64,000 bases of DNA from Lepidodermella squamata (lineage: Eukaryota; Animalia; Gastrotricha), in contig JBLDXI010000002.1 in NCBI GenBank assembly GCA_047495785.1, forward strand, positions 2,356,001 to 2,420,000, in the 5' to 3' direction. Shown here one piece after another: positions 1 through 12,087 of this stretch. The position numbers and the translations under genes were made by a program. The notes below the pieces were generated by a model. The model had not been told where the DNA came from. It worked only from the letters and a program-made list of their open reading frames with translations, and did not search any database. Every line of letters begins with the position of its first letter. Position 1 is the first letter of the stretch.

Positions 1-163
1 GAGCGTTAAAATTCTTAGCGAACATGACCTGGAAAGCAAATAAAATTACATTAAAATTTTGAATTTTTCCAACAGCCATACTCACCTTGTAGCACTTTGG
101 GCAGCGCATTAGAGGACCCGTATTCGAAACGGAAGCGTTCGAAGAAACCACAGAGTCAGCCAT
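1..163 (-). CDS. 5' part of C2HC zinc-finger (ZnF-RING family) gene; runs off window
   Basis: Exon 163-86 (MADSVV...RCPKCYK), GT-AG intron 85-29, next exon VMFAKNFNA; paralogous to 33862-34620 (CVKCSR|VMFAKKFNGH). Confidence 0.6.
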   Translation of the reverse strand, partial: MADSVVSSNASVSNTGPLMRCPKCYKVSMAVGKIQNFNVILFAFQVMFAKNFNA

Positions 164-330
164 GATCGCACGGCAAAAGAAAATGACTAATTCGTTCCTA
201 GAGTTAAGTCAACAATGATTATTTTTTATTGATCAATGCGATGTTTTTTGCGTAAAAAATCGCGATGAATGGGCAGTGCTATACGGCGGCAAGAATTTTT
301 TCAACATTCAGACTTTTTCGCCGATATGAT

Positions 331-505
331 CGTCGTTGGATAACTTGAATTTGGGATTGTTTACTTCAGTTTTAAGGCGACAGGTGACGAATGAAAATTA
401 AGCTGTTTTGCCTATAAAAATTCACGAAAAAACCGCCTTATTTCTATTGTCACCTATCATCTTGAAACTGTCGTAAGCCAGCAAAAACCAGAGTTATTCA
501 ACGAC
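331..505. mobile_element. Degenerate MITE, same family as 7849-8085
   Basis: Imperfect inverted ends cgtcgttggataact.../...agttattcaacgacg. Confidence 0.5.
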
Positions 506-959
506 GGCAGCGTTATATTTAAAAGAAATGCCGAAGAAGAGCTAAAGTCGCAGCTCATTTGCTGATTAAAAATAAAATAAAATATGAAGTAAAATAACGG
601 CAAAAATAAATAAAAATTCCACCTTAAAATATGGCCTGCAATGTGTTAACTTAGCACAGCATTTTAACAACGCATCTAAGAAGGCAAGAAGCTAAGCTTT
701 TTTTAGTATGATGCGATAATATTACCACCTCTTTGTTAGCAATAAAATCGAAAAGTGACGGGGCAATAAAATCGGCTGGTAAAAGACGCTATGTGACCTA
801 ATAAAGCCGCGAAAACTGCACGACTTCGTCCACCACTGCCAAGGGTCTTTTCCAATAGCAAAAGCAAGCATGCTATCGTCGCATATCAATGAAATGAAAG
901 ATGATGTATGATTTGTTCTAGATCGCAAGTCGAAATTTGGAGACATTTTGTGGCAAAAA

Positions 960-1690
960 ATGGCCGGAAATCACCCAACGGGTAAGTCGGCCCTGCTAGA
1001 ATTTCAGTCAGCCTTGCAAAATTTTTAACTAGGTGACTTTGAAATCCTAAACTCGAAAAAACTGGGACCTTGTTCCGAGGTGAGATTATTCGTGGCTAAT
1101 TCTATTTATTCACCCCATTTTTTCGCTTTTTTTACAGCGTAACTCGCCGATTTTTCGTCCGATTATTGTAAAACTGGAACAAGTAACCACCGCGCGCAAC
1201 GTTAGTTTTTATATCTGATGTAAAATTGTGGTATAAACCAAACGACTAGGAGTCAACTAGGCTGCCGCTATTCGATGAATTCTATGGGAAAGAGTCACAA
1301 AAAGTTGAAGCTCCCTACACCAGCCCGATTTACTTGGGACCTATCAAGCCTGGCAGTGGAAATTTAGAACCAATCGACTTGGCATCCGTGAACCCAGTCA
1401 GCTCAAGCGAATCAAGCGTTTCAGAATTCTTCGACGATCTATCGCCGGCTAAAAAATCGCGGAAAAAGCCGAACGAAACAACCGAAACGCCACCCGATAA
1501 TAACCGCGGAAAAACTTTGGCAAAATGCAAAATTTGTGGACTCGATGTGCCGAAGCTCACTCTGATTTGTTTGCCGTGTTGCGATGGTCAGCCGACTTGC
1601 CTGCCTTGCATCATGCGGCTGGCTTCAATTCCAAACGTGCCACTTAAATGTCTTGCTTGCGGTTTCACTGAAATACTACCGAATTCTTGA
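960..1690 (+). CDS. RING-finger protein (LPCC-type), putative E3 ligase, 4 exons; 5' end uncertain
   Basis: Three short GT-AG introns join in frame to ORF 1334-1690: CKIC...LPCCDGQPTCLPC...CLAC. Confidence 0.7.
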
Positions 1691-1854
1691 TTTTAATCTC
1701 CTGCAAATTAAAATAAAACAAAAGCCGAAAAGCCTTTCATCTTTTTTATTGCCAATTTTTCCGGAAGTTCACGCGATTACAAGGTGTATTCATTGTTTCA
1801 AGGTCTCAGGGAAAAATCAAAAATTAATTGTCAGTGTCTTGAGAATTGTAATTT

Positions 1855-2744
1855 TCAGTCGAGGCGGGGTCGTTTCGACGACACGTCGCTGTGCATGACC
1901 AGTTTTCGGGGCGATGGGTGTTTCGGAAGAATGATAGCGAACTGGCAGGCGGTGCATTTGAGCGATGGCGGCTCATCGGTGCCCACGTGCTCGTTCCCAG
2001 CGCCGACTATGCACCATAAACAGGCGCGTACGTTGTTGCAGCAGGGCAGGTACAACATTGCAGTAGTCTGACGCGATTTTTGACAGAGGCCACACTCGGC
2101 AGAGATAGGCTTGTCAGTCGACGGTGATCCAAGGCTTGACGCATCATCACGAAAGGGCTAAAGAAAATAAACAAAATAATTGAACAAAAAATAATGAAAA
2201 ATGGCTCACCTTTAAGTCATCTGTTTGGTCACAGGTGAAGGGCATTGACCGCCGAGACTTGGGCACGTTCGAAATCGAGGTAGCGCTATTAGAACTGCCC
2301 ACCTTAAATTCATAAAAATCGTAAGAATTTTCAGGAAAAAAATCATGATTTTTATACCGGATTTCTAAAGCTGTATCGCCGGAATTTGGTCGAAGATGGC
2401 TGGTTTGGCGTTTTGGCGTATCGATCGTCGTTCATTGGTGCTAATTTCTGCTCGATTTTCAGAGTGCGGCGCAAATTTCCGTAAATTTCTGGCGGGATGC
2501 CGCTCGGGTAAATTTCGCGCAATTTCAGACATTTCACATCCTCGCCCTCGCCGCTGCCGTAAATGTGAGCACGTAGCCTGTCCTCAGGGACACTGGCGCG
2601 GCAGAACGGGCAGTTGAGAGGCGTCGAGCAATAGGCTGAACACGGCGTTTCATCGGAGCAGCAGCCGATTTTGTCGTAGGACCGCTTCCGGCTACTCGCC
2701 GTTGATAAATTGCTAGTCGAAGGGCTTTCGCTCGGCAGGGCCAT
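1855..2744 (-). CDS. C2HC zinc finger + C-terminal RING protein, 3 exons
   Basis: Exons 2744-2358, 2302-2210, 2157-1855, phase-0 GT-AG introns; CPFC-x11-H...C at the N-terminus; CGLC...LPCCNNVRACLWC...CTAC at the C-terminus. Confidence 0.8.
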
Positions 2745-3633
2745 GTTTTGAGTTTAAAGATAGCAGTATTTGAAATCGACCAATTTTACACTGGCTGCGG
2801 GGATTATTTTCGAATTGCGCGCCATGATCATTTTATTACAGGTAATAATTTCCGTGACATGTCAGTCGGCGGCGCATTTGTGAGTGCTATCAGGGCGCAC
2901 TAATTAATGACCGCCAATGCTCGACCTCGGCAAGACTTTGATCTAATGAGTGGTCTGCGTTAATTGCAGGCAAGATGCGCCTTTTTCAAACACGATTTTT
3001 CAGGCCGCGAAAATTTTGCGGTTTGAGAAAAAAATGCAAATTATTTTTTAAAATTAAGCTGTAAAATATTAAATATTCGGTTAACAAAATTCAAAATTAA
3101 TTGATTAATGAAAATTATACCATGGGCGATGAATTAAATATTTCATTTCACTACTTCTTTGATAATCAGATTCTCAGTTTTATTGGTTAAAAATTCAGTT
3201 TTTTCGCCTGTCGTTGATATCCGTTCAGGGCGCGGGGGTCGGCCGAGATTTGAAATTGTATGATGACATTTTTTGAAAATATATCGAGTTATCTCAAAAT
3301 TAACCCGATTGGACTCGGGACTTGTTGCCGTGCGCAAGCCAGACCAACTGGACCCAACCAACTGGGTAAACATAGGGTGAAGTGACCTAATTTTGCAAAA
3401 AACTGGTCACAGATTTTTGAAGCCATCGATATCGAAGGCCCTCGGTCATCGACAGCTCTTCTTTTGCCATTTGTAGGTGCCTTGAGTATTGAACTAAATA
3501 GCCCCAAAAGGAAATTTTCAAAAAGCTCACCATTGTGGCGCAACACCTGTCGCAAACAATCGCGCCACCGGTTTTGTAATTAAGAGCAATTGCCCCAATT
3601 ATGCAACGCATTTCGATTTTTCGGCCTAAACTG

Positions 3634-3887
3634 AGGTGCGTTTTTTATTAAAACCGTGGTGCTATTGTTCAGCGCTGTGATCAATGTTTCGGTGAGATTC
3701 GCAACAGAGGCGGCCAAATGTTCTTAATCCGCGCGGGGATTTGTCTTTTCTGACCGGCCTAGACAGCAATTCGAGCCGTTCAGTTCATGATAGACGTGCC
3801 GATTGTGATTTCTCTGTTGCGAATCTCACCGAAACATTGATCACAGCGCTGAACAATAGCACCACGGTTTTAATAAAAAACGCACCT
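3634..3887. mobile_element. MITE, possibly PIF/Harbinger type
   Basis: ~76-bp perfect TIRs (aggtgcgttttttattaaaacc...), flanked by 3-bp CTG duplication. Confidence 0.75.
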
Positions 3888-3966
3888 CTGCAAACGTGGT
3901 CAAATTGCAGCCAATTTTTCGGAATCAAAAATTATGGTCAAACAAAGGCCGCAGAATACGCAAATA

Positions 3967-4734
3967 CCGTAACGTGTGGTGATTGTGGACACGGTAACTT
4001 TGGACACTTTCGGCTTTGCAGGTGTTTAGCTTTTCAGGCTTGAACGTTTAAATCATGGGGGTTTTTGCATAAAATTCTCCGTCTCCTCAGCTTTCGTTTG
4101 AAATAAAAATCAAGACGATTGGAGCTGAAATCGGATTTCAGAAAAAGTTGCAAGCAGTTAGACTTTGGGTGCCGTTTTGGGACCCCCCTTCTATCTTTCT
4201 AAAAATCAAACAGTTTTCAATAAAAATTGGCATGAGCATTCTCCTATATTTACTCTCCCTATAATCGAAGAAAAAATGACAATCCGTCGACGCGTTATAG
4301 CAGGACATTTACCTGAAAAACAGGTGAAAATTGGGGTAATTTTGGACACTTTTGGACGGGTTAAGTATGCTGCTGCGCAGAAACGTATTTTTATTGAACT
4401 TCCGAGAAACAGATGATGCGCCATCTGTTCATAATTTTTTTCGAAATCTGACCCAAGATTAAATGAAAAACCATGAATAACAGATAATTCACAATGAAAT
4501 TGCAATGAAATTGCATATGCAAATGAGTGTCCAAAACTACCCTCTAATTGTCCAGTTACCGGAACACATATTAATTAGCAAAAGGTCAGGTAAAATTCTA
4601 AAAATTTCTGGAATTTGAAGTAAATTCAAGAATGACCGTCCCCACCTTTGGTAAAAATTTCAGAAATTTAGAAGCAAAGGCTGATTTTTAATGTTCGAAA
4701 AACACGTTTTGTCCAAAGTTACCACTCGTTACGG
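3967..4734. mobile_element. Non-autonomous Tc1/mariner(pogo)-like DNA element
   Basis: TIRs ccgtaacg(t/a)gtggt, TA on both flanks, subterminal tttggacac repeats. Confidence 0.65.
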
Positions 4735-5622
4735 TAAGCATTCCACAAATAAGAAAACTAATAAATAAAAATTGAAATTGGTTTAAAAATTCCTCACGGA
4801 TCAAACGAGCTATGTCCAGGTCGCCGTTTTGAGGTCAATTTTCGGCCAGGCTAAGTCCACACAAAAAATGAACGCATCATAAAAATAAATGAACGTTTAT
4901 TGGCGTTTAAAAAAATTGAAAGACCGACCATTGAAAATGTGGTGTCTACGTGAAGAATCCAACCCCAGGCGCCGGCAAGGAATGTTTTCGCGCGAAAAAG
5001 GTCCGATGTCCATTTTTACCTGTGGCGCAAAAAGTACGAATTATACAGGGAAACGCCTTGCGTCATTCGAAAGAGCGGGGTCGACATCCTCTCCACCTCG
5101 TCTGTATGTAAGCCTTCAGTTTTTAGGTGCTTTGAAAATTTAAGGCCCCACGCTCATTTCGGGCAAGAATTGCTTAGCTAATGAGTGCCTGGGACACCGA
5201 ATACCACGTAATAAGAAATCAGGGAGAAAGATTTGCCCTTCTGATGGCGACGAATCAGACTTTTTACCTAGCTTCACCTCTAGTTCTACGTATTATATCA
5301 AATTAACACAAATTTAAAATAAAAACATAATAAAAACTCTGTATTCATTCGAGAAACGTCTAACATCAACAATTAGGACAAATCGATGAAATCGAATATT
5401 TAAAAAGGAACGATAGCAATGTACTATTGGAGGCTATTTGAGCGTGGACAAAACGTAGGTAGTATTAGGTACTATCTTTTATTTACGATTCACCCGAGAA
5501 TAATTATTAAAATCGAGAATAATCAGTTATTTTTATTTTATTTTTAAATCAGATACGCGGCATGGCAATAATGTTTCCACTACAGCTTTCCGCGTGTCGT
5601 TGATTTACCAATTCAAAGCCGC

Positions 5623-6288
5623 TCATGGAGCGGGTGTCGTCATGCTTGAAGGGTCGGCTTCGGCGCAAAATTGCTGCATCAGGTTTTGCACGAGGCTGCA
5701 TTTCTCGGATCCTTTCATCATCGCGTACGTCATTATGTTCTTTGGGGGCATCTGACCATTCCGACCTGGGCCCATGGGTCCTGGACCCATCGGACCCATC
5801 GGACCCATCGGAGGGCTGGCCATAGGTGCTTGCTGTCCCATAGATGGTTCAGGCCGAATGTACTGAGATCCCACAGCGCAGTTCGGCATACCGTTGCAGT
5901 TGCTGACGCCACAAGTGCAGGAGAACTGAAAATTTACATCCGAAGTGAACTAAATCGTATCAGAATTTTTAAATAATCGAACCGTGTCCGCAGTTGCACT
6001 TTGTGTGATTGTGATTGCCTGCTCAGCTGCATCTTGTTGTGGTCTGAATTGTTCACAAGTAAACATGACTGCAGCCATTTTTGTTGGGCTCTTGATAATT
6101 TGCTGGTCAATCTTGCAGAAGTCGCAGCCTGTCGCTGGTTTGACTCTTGGCGAGTGCTCGCTTGGGTCGACTGAAATCGTATCTGCGCCCGCAGCTACTG
6201 CGGTACCATTGAAGCATTGGATCTTCACTGCCTGAGCCATGCTGAGGCAGTAAGCTGCAACAACAATCAGACCAAGTTGCGCTTTCAT
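5623..6288 (-). CDS. Secreted three-finger/LU-like protein, subfamily A (A1), short GPM/GPGPM linker
   Basis: Signal peptide MKAQLGLIVV..., exons 6288-5983 and 5925-5623; CFNG, CDFC, CTCGVSNCN, KC-x10-C, ends TTPAP. Confidence 0.85.
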
Positions 6289-6717
6289 CTTTCGAAGGTT
6301 CGAAGGTTCAAAAATGCAAACGGAGAGTAAACTGGGTGAAATAACTATTAAAAATGACACCACACAACGCTGGGATTTTTCTGTTTTTTTTTGTGCCGCT
6401 TCTAACACAGTTTGCGCACGTTAATTATCTCGAATGTACCTGGTGTAGAAATTTCGTCCAGGCCTTCTTATCGTGTTGGTGTAGTTACATTCCAGCCTCT
6501 AGCCGAGCAAACACACGGCTGCCATCGATCGCTACTGGTGTAATTATCAGATGAAATTATGCTGGGTTCCAAGCGCTACTCAGCGTGCGTAGGCTAATTG
6601 CAGTCCGTTGACACAGCTTTTTCGAGATCAGCCACCATAGAATTTACCGTGCGCTGATAAAAAATCTCGCATTAGAGGCTTTTCGTTTTTGAAGCAACAT
6701 CATAATTTCGACTTGAA
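6289..6717. promoter_or_regulatory. Putative bidirectional promoter A1/B1
   Basis: ~430 bp between divergent ATGs; block gttgacacag...agatcagcc.ccatagaatttaccgtgcg...aaaaatctcgcatt also present at ~11125-11190. Confidence 0.55.
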
Positions 6718-7391
6718 ATGGCGGCATTTCAATTTGCCCTGGGTGTCTGTTTGATCGCAGCTTCTTACTTCCATGGATGCTTGGGTTTGATAATTGAGCA
6801 AATTTTTGCTTTGAAAATTCTTGAAAATAATTCGTACAGGAAACGTCTCTTGCTATGTTGGAACGATAAAAAATAATATAGTTTATGGCGGATCCCCGGA
6901 CCCAGCTGCCAATAACATCACGACGCAAGCCGGATGCGGTTCTTGCGCCCGTCTGATGTTAGCCGTCACCGGCAGTGGACTGACCTGGACTGATTTGTCC
7001 TGCAATCCGCCTGGCACCAATGAAATGAAACACATCATGATTATGCACACGCCGCTTTCAAGCCAGGTAAATAATTTGACGGTGAATTGGTCTTAAAGTA
7101 TTAATTAAAAATGGCATTTTACAGACTCTCTGTTACTGCACTGCTGACAAATGCAACCAGGACCCTCATTGTGGCATTGCTTCGCTTCTGCCCGCTTCGG
7201 TTAAGCCACCTGCGCCTGTGCCAGGACAAGACACGACGTCCGGCATCATTGGAATTGTTGCTCAGAAAGTCGGCGAAAAATGCCAAGCCCTATTTACGGC
7301 TGTCGTGCTTATGTGCCAAAACGTCATGGCGGCTGAAATGATGATGATGCAGTCACCGCCCGCTGGCAGGCCTAGCACACCGACTCCTTGA
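6718..7391 (+). CDS. Secreted three-finger/LU-like protein, subfamily B (B1)
   Basis: Exons 6718-6784, 6840-7066, 7125-7391; signal peptide, CYVG, CGSC, CYCTADKCN, KC-x10-C, MMMM, ends STPTP. Confidence 0.85.
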
Positions 7392-7848
7392 GCGACTTGA
7401 ATTCGAAGTTCATGACGGTATATTTTCGAAAGCTGTCCCGAATTTCATTGACATTCGAAAGCTAATAAAATGAGTGAACCATTTATTCAAAGTGAGCCAT
7501 TCTATCCCCATTATACATTATTTGAAGAACGACTTTTGATGAACCAAAAATCTAATGAGGTTCACCGTTGATGTCGAGGACGAAATCATAGCTTTATCAT
7601 AGATCCAAACTTACTTCGTGACAAGGCATAAATAAGCTAGAAATGCAAGCCATATTATTATTAACTTCAGGGAAATTCTTCATAATTATCTGCTACGTTC
7701 AAGCTTTTGTCATCAGCAAATAGTTTCGAAGTAACGTTTTCATCTGAAAAGCTGCTTATAGTGACCCAAAATTCTAGAATTCCCGTCCCTGACAAACATC
7801 AAGTGAATGTAATCCCGCTTTTTTGCTTAACATGTCTTTTACGCAGAC

Positions 7849-8085
7849 ATTTCGTTAGCGTCGTTGAATAACTCGGATTTGGGCTTGTTTACGAGTATTT
7901 TTATTGTTTACCCCCGACACAAATGACCTTTTGTTCGACCTACATTTTTACCGCCACCAAAGCGCCTTGGTCTTGCCGATGTTTTGATTTAGGTTGGACA
8001 AAACTTTACCATCGGATATATTATTACCGCCGGACAAGCATTTAAACAAGCCTAAATCCGAGTTATTCAACGACGCTAACGAAAT
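7849..8085. mobile_element. MITE
   Basis: ~43-bp near-perfect TIRs atttcgttagcgtcgttgaataactcggattt. Confidence 0.65.
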
Positions 8086-8209
8086 ACCTACCTATATATG
8101 CTTGCTGATATTTTTATTTCACTTCAAATTGGGATACAGGCAGACCTTCCGGACCCTTTCTGATGTTGCAACTTCAAAAACCTGTTGGAGATCGAACTCG
8201 AGGTCAAAA

Positions 8210-8345
8210 TAGTAAACGGTAGATGCTGCATGCTGCCGTCCTGACCACCAGGGTCGCCGGGACCCGCCGCCAACGCACCAGAAGCCGTCGGACTTGATTC
8301 CATCTGACCTATTCCCATTACACCGCCGAAAAAGGTTCCCAGCTG
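8210..8345 (-). pseudogene. Fragment of subfamily A linker
   Basis: ALAAGPGDPGGQDGSMQ resembles ATAAGPGGPPGADSSMP of gene 13540-14246; no signal peptide or Cys core. Confidence 0.45.
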
Positions 8346-8524
8346 TTCCCATTTTGTTCCCAGCTGAAAGTGTACAACAGCGAGATAAAAATACACGGAC
8401 TCCAATACATCCTCGCAGGGACCGTGGAAAAATGTGGCGGACGGTGGCGGAAAGTGTACAGCCATGAAGTAAACTATGACTGTATTATAGTTGAAATAAA
8501 AAATTGTGTAACAAATCTTATGTA

Positions 8525-8954
8525 TGCCGTAGTCTAATAAGGAATTTAGTTGGGTTGGGAATCCAACTAGTTAAATAGGCAATCAAACACATTACCTCCC
8601 TGTAGAGATGCTTAGGCATTGAACAACCAACTCAAATGATAGCGGCAAACGGTGTCAGAAATGCATTTTTAGGTATTTTGTGCCGTATTTCGATTTGGAA
8701 AATTAAATTTGTAAGGTGGAGTCATTGCACTCGCAGGGAACAGCGAGAGACAGAACAGCCAAGAAAACCACTCACGACCTTCTTCAGGGTTGAATTCTCA
8801 AAATTGTCGGTGAATTGCATAATAGTTTGCCATTTAATCCAAATGTTTGGCAAAGGATCCATTATTACAGGATATTAAACTAGTTTTTTGAGCAAATTGG
8901 CAAAAAAACAAGTTGGATTCCCAATCCAACTGAAGTTTTTACGAGACTACGACA
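8525..8954. mobile_element. MITE with 4-bp TSD
   Basis: Imperfect TIRs tg(c/t)cgtagtct...agttgg.ttgggaatccaact, TGTA on both flanks. Confidence 0.55.
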
Positions 8955-9005
8955 TGTAGAACAAAAAATAACTTAATCACGGCGAAATCGACTGATGTTG
9001 GCTCG

Positions 9006-9223
9006 AAAATGAAAAACCAGTCGCCTAATCCGACATGTTTCAGCTTTTATTCAGCCATCTTCAGGGTCTGACAACAAGTAAGGAAATCGACAATCAAGTT
9101 ACTTGTTGTCAGACCCTGAAGATGGCTGAATAAAAGCTGAAACATGTCGGATTAGGCGACTGGTTTTTCATTTTTGAGTCATAATTATGATATCGCTTTT
9201 CCATCAAATCCTACGACTAAAAA
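9006..9223. mobile_element. Penelope-like retroelement remnant (inverted pLTR fragment)
   Basis: 12-bp TSD gatgttggctcg (8994-9005, 9224-9235); 76-bp perfect inverted arms 9006-9081/9099-9174 carrying a hammerhead core. Confidence 0.7.
9114..9150 (+). ncRNA. Minimal type I hammerhead ribozyme motif (mirror copy on minus strand in the left arm)
   Basis: CC-CUGAAGA-U-GGCU(gaauaaa)AGCU-GAAACAUGUC-GG; palindromic ACAUGU at stem III; predicted cleavage after C9148. Confidence 0.6.
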
Positions 9224-10014
9224 GATGTTGGCTCGGTTACAATTTTCTGAAATTGAAAAATAAAGTACCGTACTGCCCGAAAATAATGCCAGCCTCGAAT
9301 AAATGGCAGCCTCAAATAAATGTCAGAGGTTAGAGGTCGTTCAAAAAAATAAATGTCAGGCCCGAAATAAATGTCAGGTCAGTGGCGGGAACAATACTGA
9401 AGACCACTAATGAGGTCGTTTTAGCCATTCTGATTGGATATAATTTCTACTCTTGGCACTTAGAAAGGTTAGGGGCCAACTTTTAAGATGGCGAAACAGA
9501 TGGCGAACGCAAACAATGGGTTTCACTTCCTTCCCTTGATCAAGACCTGCGGTTCCCTAATTCTGAGTGACTTCAAATTTAGGCATAACTCGAGGTAAAA
9601 TTGCCCGGACTTGCAGAAACCGGCATTTGATAGCCCGCAATAACACCACGAAGAACCTCTAGAATTCTGCGTTTGCAGATTTTCTTCTAAACACTTACGT
9701 GGCTTGGAAAGCGGCAAAAAAAACTCAAAAAGGTAGCAAATAGGACAGGGAGCTCTAATCGACGATACGATATGCCTGTTTTCATTCGAGAAAATTTCGA
9801 AAATGGTAGCGAAAAATGGGAAAAGGAACAATAGCCATGCGAAAGGCTAGCGTGGATAGAACGCAAGTAGTATTCGATATCATCCTTTATTACTCGAGAA
9901 AAATTAAAATTGACAATAATCAGTTATTATTTATAATTTTTATTATCAGATTCGCGGTATGGCAATGTTTCCACTACAGTTTCCCGCGTGTCGTTGATTT
10001 CCGATCAGAGCCGC

Positions 10015-10806
10015 TCATGGGGCGGGTGTCGTCATGCTTGAGGGGTCGACTTCGGCGCAAAATTGCTGCATCAGGCTTTGCACTAGGGTGCATTTCTCAG
10101 AGCCCTTCATCATCATGTACATCATCATGTTCCTGGCGGGCATCTGACCCATGGGTCCAGGGCCCATCGCATCTGGGCCCATTGGACCTGGACCCATCGG
10201 ACCAGGACCCATCATCATCCCAGGACCCATTGGACCTGGACCCATCGGACCAGGACCCATCGGACCAGGACCCATCGGACCAGGACCCATCGGACCGGGA
10301 CCCATCGGACCAGGACCCATCATCGGACCTGGACCCATCGGGCTCGCTCCAGCAGCCTGACCAGATGGCACGTACTGATTTCCCACTGCGCAGTTCGGCA
10401 TACCGTTGCAGTTGTTGACGCCGCAAGTGCAGGAGAACTGTAAATAAACATCTGCAATGAACTTAACCGCCTCAGAACCTTGTTCAATAAAACGAACCGT
10501 GTCCACAGTTGCACTTTTCGAGATTGAGATTGACTGCTCAGCGTCAACTTGTTGGGGCCGGAATTGCTGACAGCTGAAACCGACGAAAGCCATTTTATTA
10601 GGGCTCTTGATAATTTGCTGGTCAATCTGGCAGAAGTCGCAGTCTCCCACTGGTTTGACAGTCGCTGAGTGCACGCTTGGGTCGACTGAAATCGTATCTA
10701 CGTCCATAGCTTGCACGGTTCCGTTGAAGCACTGGATCTTCATTGCCTGAGCCATGCTGAGGCAGCAAGCTGCAACAACTACCATACCAACCACTTGAGC
10801 TTTCAT
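10015..10806 (-). CDS. Secreted three-finger/LU-like protein A2 with long GPGPM repeat
   Basis: Paralog of A1; exons 10806-10498 and 10437-10015; 10 exact GPGPM plus 2 variants; ends TTPAP. Confidence 0.88.
   Translation of the reverse strand: MKAQVVGMVVVAACCLSMAQAMKIQCFNGTVQAMDVDTISVDPSVHSATVKPVGDCDFCQIDQQIIKSPNKMAFVGFSCQQFRPQQVDAEQSISISKSATVDTVRFIEQGSEAVKFIADVYLQFSCTCGVNNCNGMPNCAVGNQYVPSGQAAGASPMGPGPMMGPGPMGPGPMGPGPMGPGPMGPGPMGPGPMGPGMMMGPGPMGPGPMGPDAMGPGPMGQMPARNMMMYMMMKGSEKCTLVQSLMQQFCAEVDPSSMTTPAP
10146..10340 (-). repeat. 15-bp coding tandem repeat (GPGPM)
   Basis: ggacccatcggacca-type units on the + strand. Confidence 0.9.
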
Positions 10807-11235
10807 TTTTCGTTCCAAGTTTCAAAAATGCAAACTGAGAAGAAATAACGATTTAGAATGACAGCAATACAGGGCCGGGATTTTTTTCTGTGAGTTGGCG
10901 CTTCCAAGAAGAAGAATCTCGAAAGTCGCACGTTATTTATTATCGAAATGTACCTGATGACACGATGGAAATCTCGCCCAGGCCTGCTCATCGTGCTGGC
11001 GTGGTTGAATTCCACAACTTCAAGCTGGCCGTGCACACGGCTATCATTGACTCGCTGTCTAATGAGTTGTTTAATGCCAAACACCACTTATGAGAATAGC
11101 AGCGTCAGCTAATTGCCGTAGTAGGTTGACACAGATTTTTCTAGATCAGCCGCCATAGAATTTACCGTGCGGTGAAAAAATCTCGCATTTGAGTCTTTTA
11201 ATTTTTGAAGGTAGCAACAACATTTCGAGTTTGAA

Positions 11236-11909
11236 ATGGCTTCATTTCGGTTCGCCTTAGCTGTCTGCCTGCTTGCAGCTTCTTACTTCCAAGGATGCCT
11301 GGGTTAGATATAATTAATTGAAAATACTTTCGTGCTGTAATTTCGAATTCTATCGAACAGGTGAAATTTCCTGCTATATTGGAACAATAAACAATAACGT
11401 TGTTTATGGCGGAAACCCGGACCCAGCTGCTAATAATATATCAATAGCGGCCGGATGCGGCTCCTGCAACCGTCTGGGTTACATGGGATCTGGTACGATG
11501 CGGACTGAATTCAGCTGCGCGCCGCCTGGCATGGAGATCAACTCCATCAAGATTATTCACACACCGCTTTCAAGCCAAGTAAATAATCTCAAGTAATTAA
11601 TTCACATTTATTAATTTGCCACATGATTAACAGGTGGTCTGCTACTGCACTGCTGACAAATGCAACCTGGACCCGCAATGTGGCCATGCTCCCCTTCTGC
11701 CTGATTCGGTGAAGCCGCCAGCGCCCGTTTCGGGGCAAGACGAGGCGTCCGGCATTATTGGAAAGGTTGCCCGGACACTCGGCGATAAGTGCATGGCTCT
11801 ATTCACGGCTGTCACGCTTGTGTGCCAAAACGTCGTGATGGGTGAAATGATGATGCAGGCACCACCCGCTGCTGCTGCTGGCATGATGCCAAGCACACCG
11901 GCTCCTTAA
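11236..11909 (+). CDS. Secreted three-finger/LU-like protein B2
   Basis: 3 exons as in B1; CYIG, CGSC, CYCTADKCN, KC-x10-C, ends PSTPAP. Confidence 0.85.
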
Positions 11910-12087
11910 GCAAAGCCCAGAATTCAACGTTCCCGACGATATTTTTCCGCCCGCAATAGACATGCCATTGAGTTTTGAGTGCTATAATAAAATTCAGTGA
12001 ACAAAATAAGCCATTCCATTCTCAATTCGACATTTTTGGAACATCTCGGAGCATGTTGAAATTGAATATAGGCGCTTTATTGTCACA

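Noticed and set aside
10146-10340. Collagen call for the Gly/Pro repeat
   Set aside because: Period is 5, not Gly-X-Y
9816-10426. ORFs with DQDPS, GPGPI or SDGSW repeats
   Set aside because: Antisense or alternative-frame shadows of the GPGPM repeat; no signal peptide or family motifs
10438-10497. 20 extra residues (VRFIEQ...YLQ) in the 267-aa ORF
   Set aside because: A 60-nt GT-AG intron that happens to be stop-free; paralogs A1 and A3 have an intron with stops at the same position
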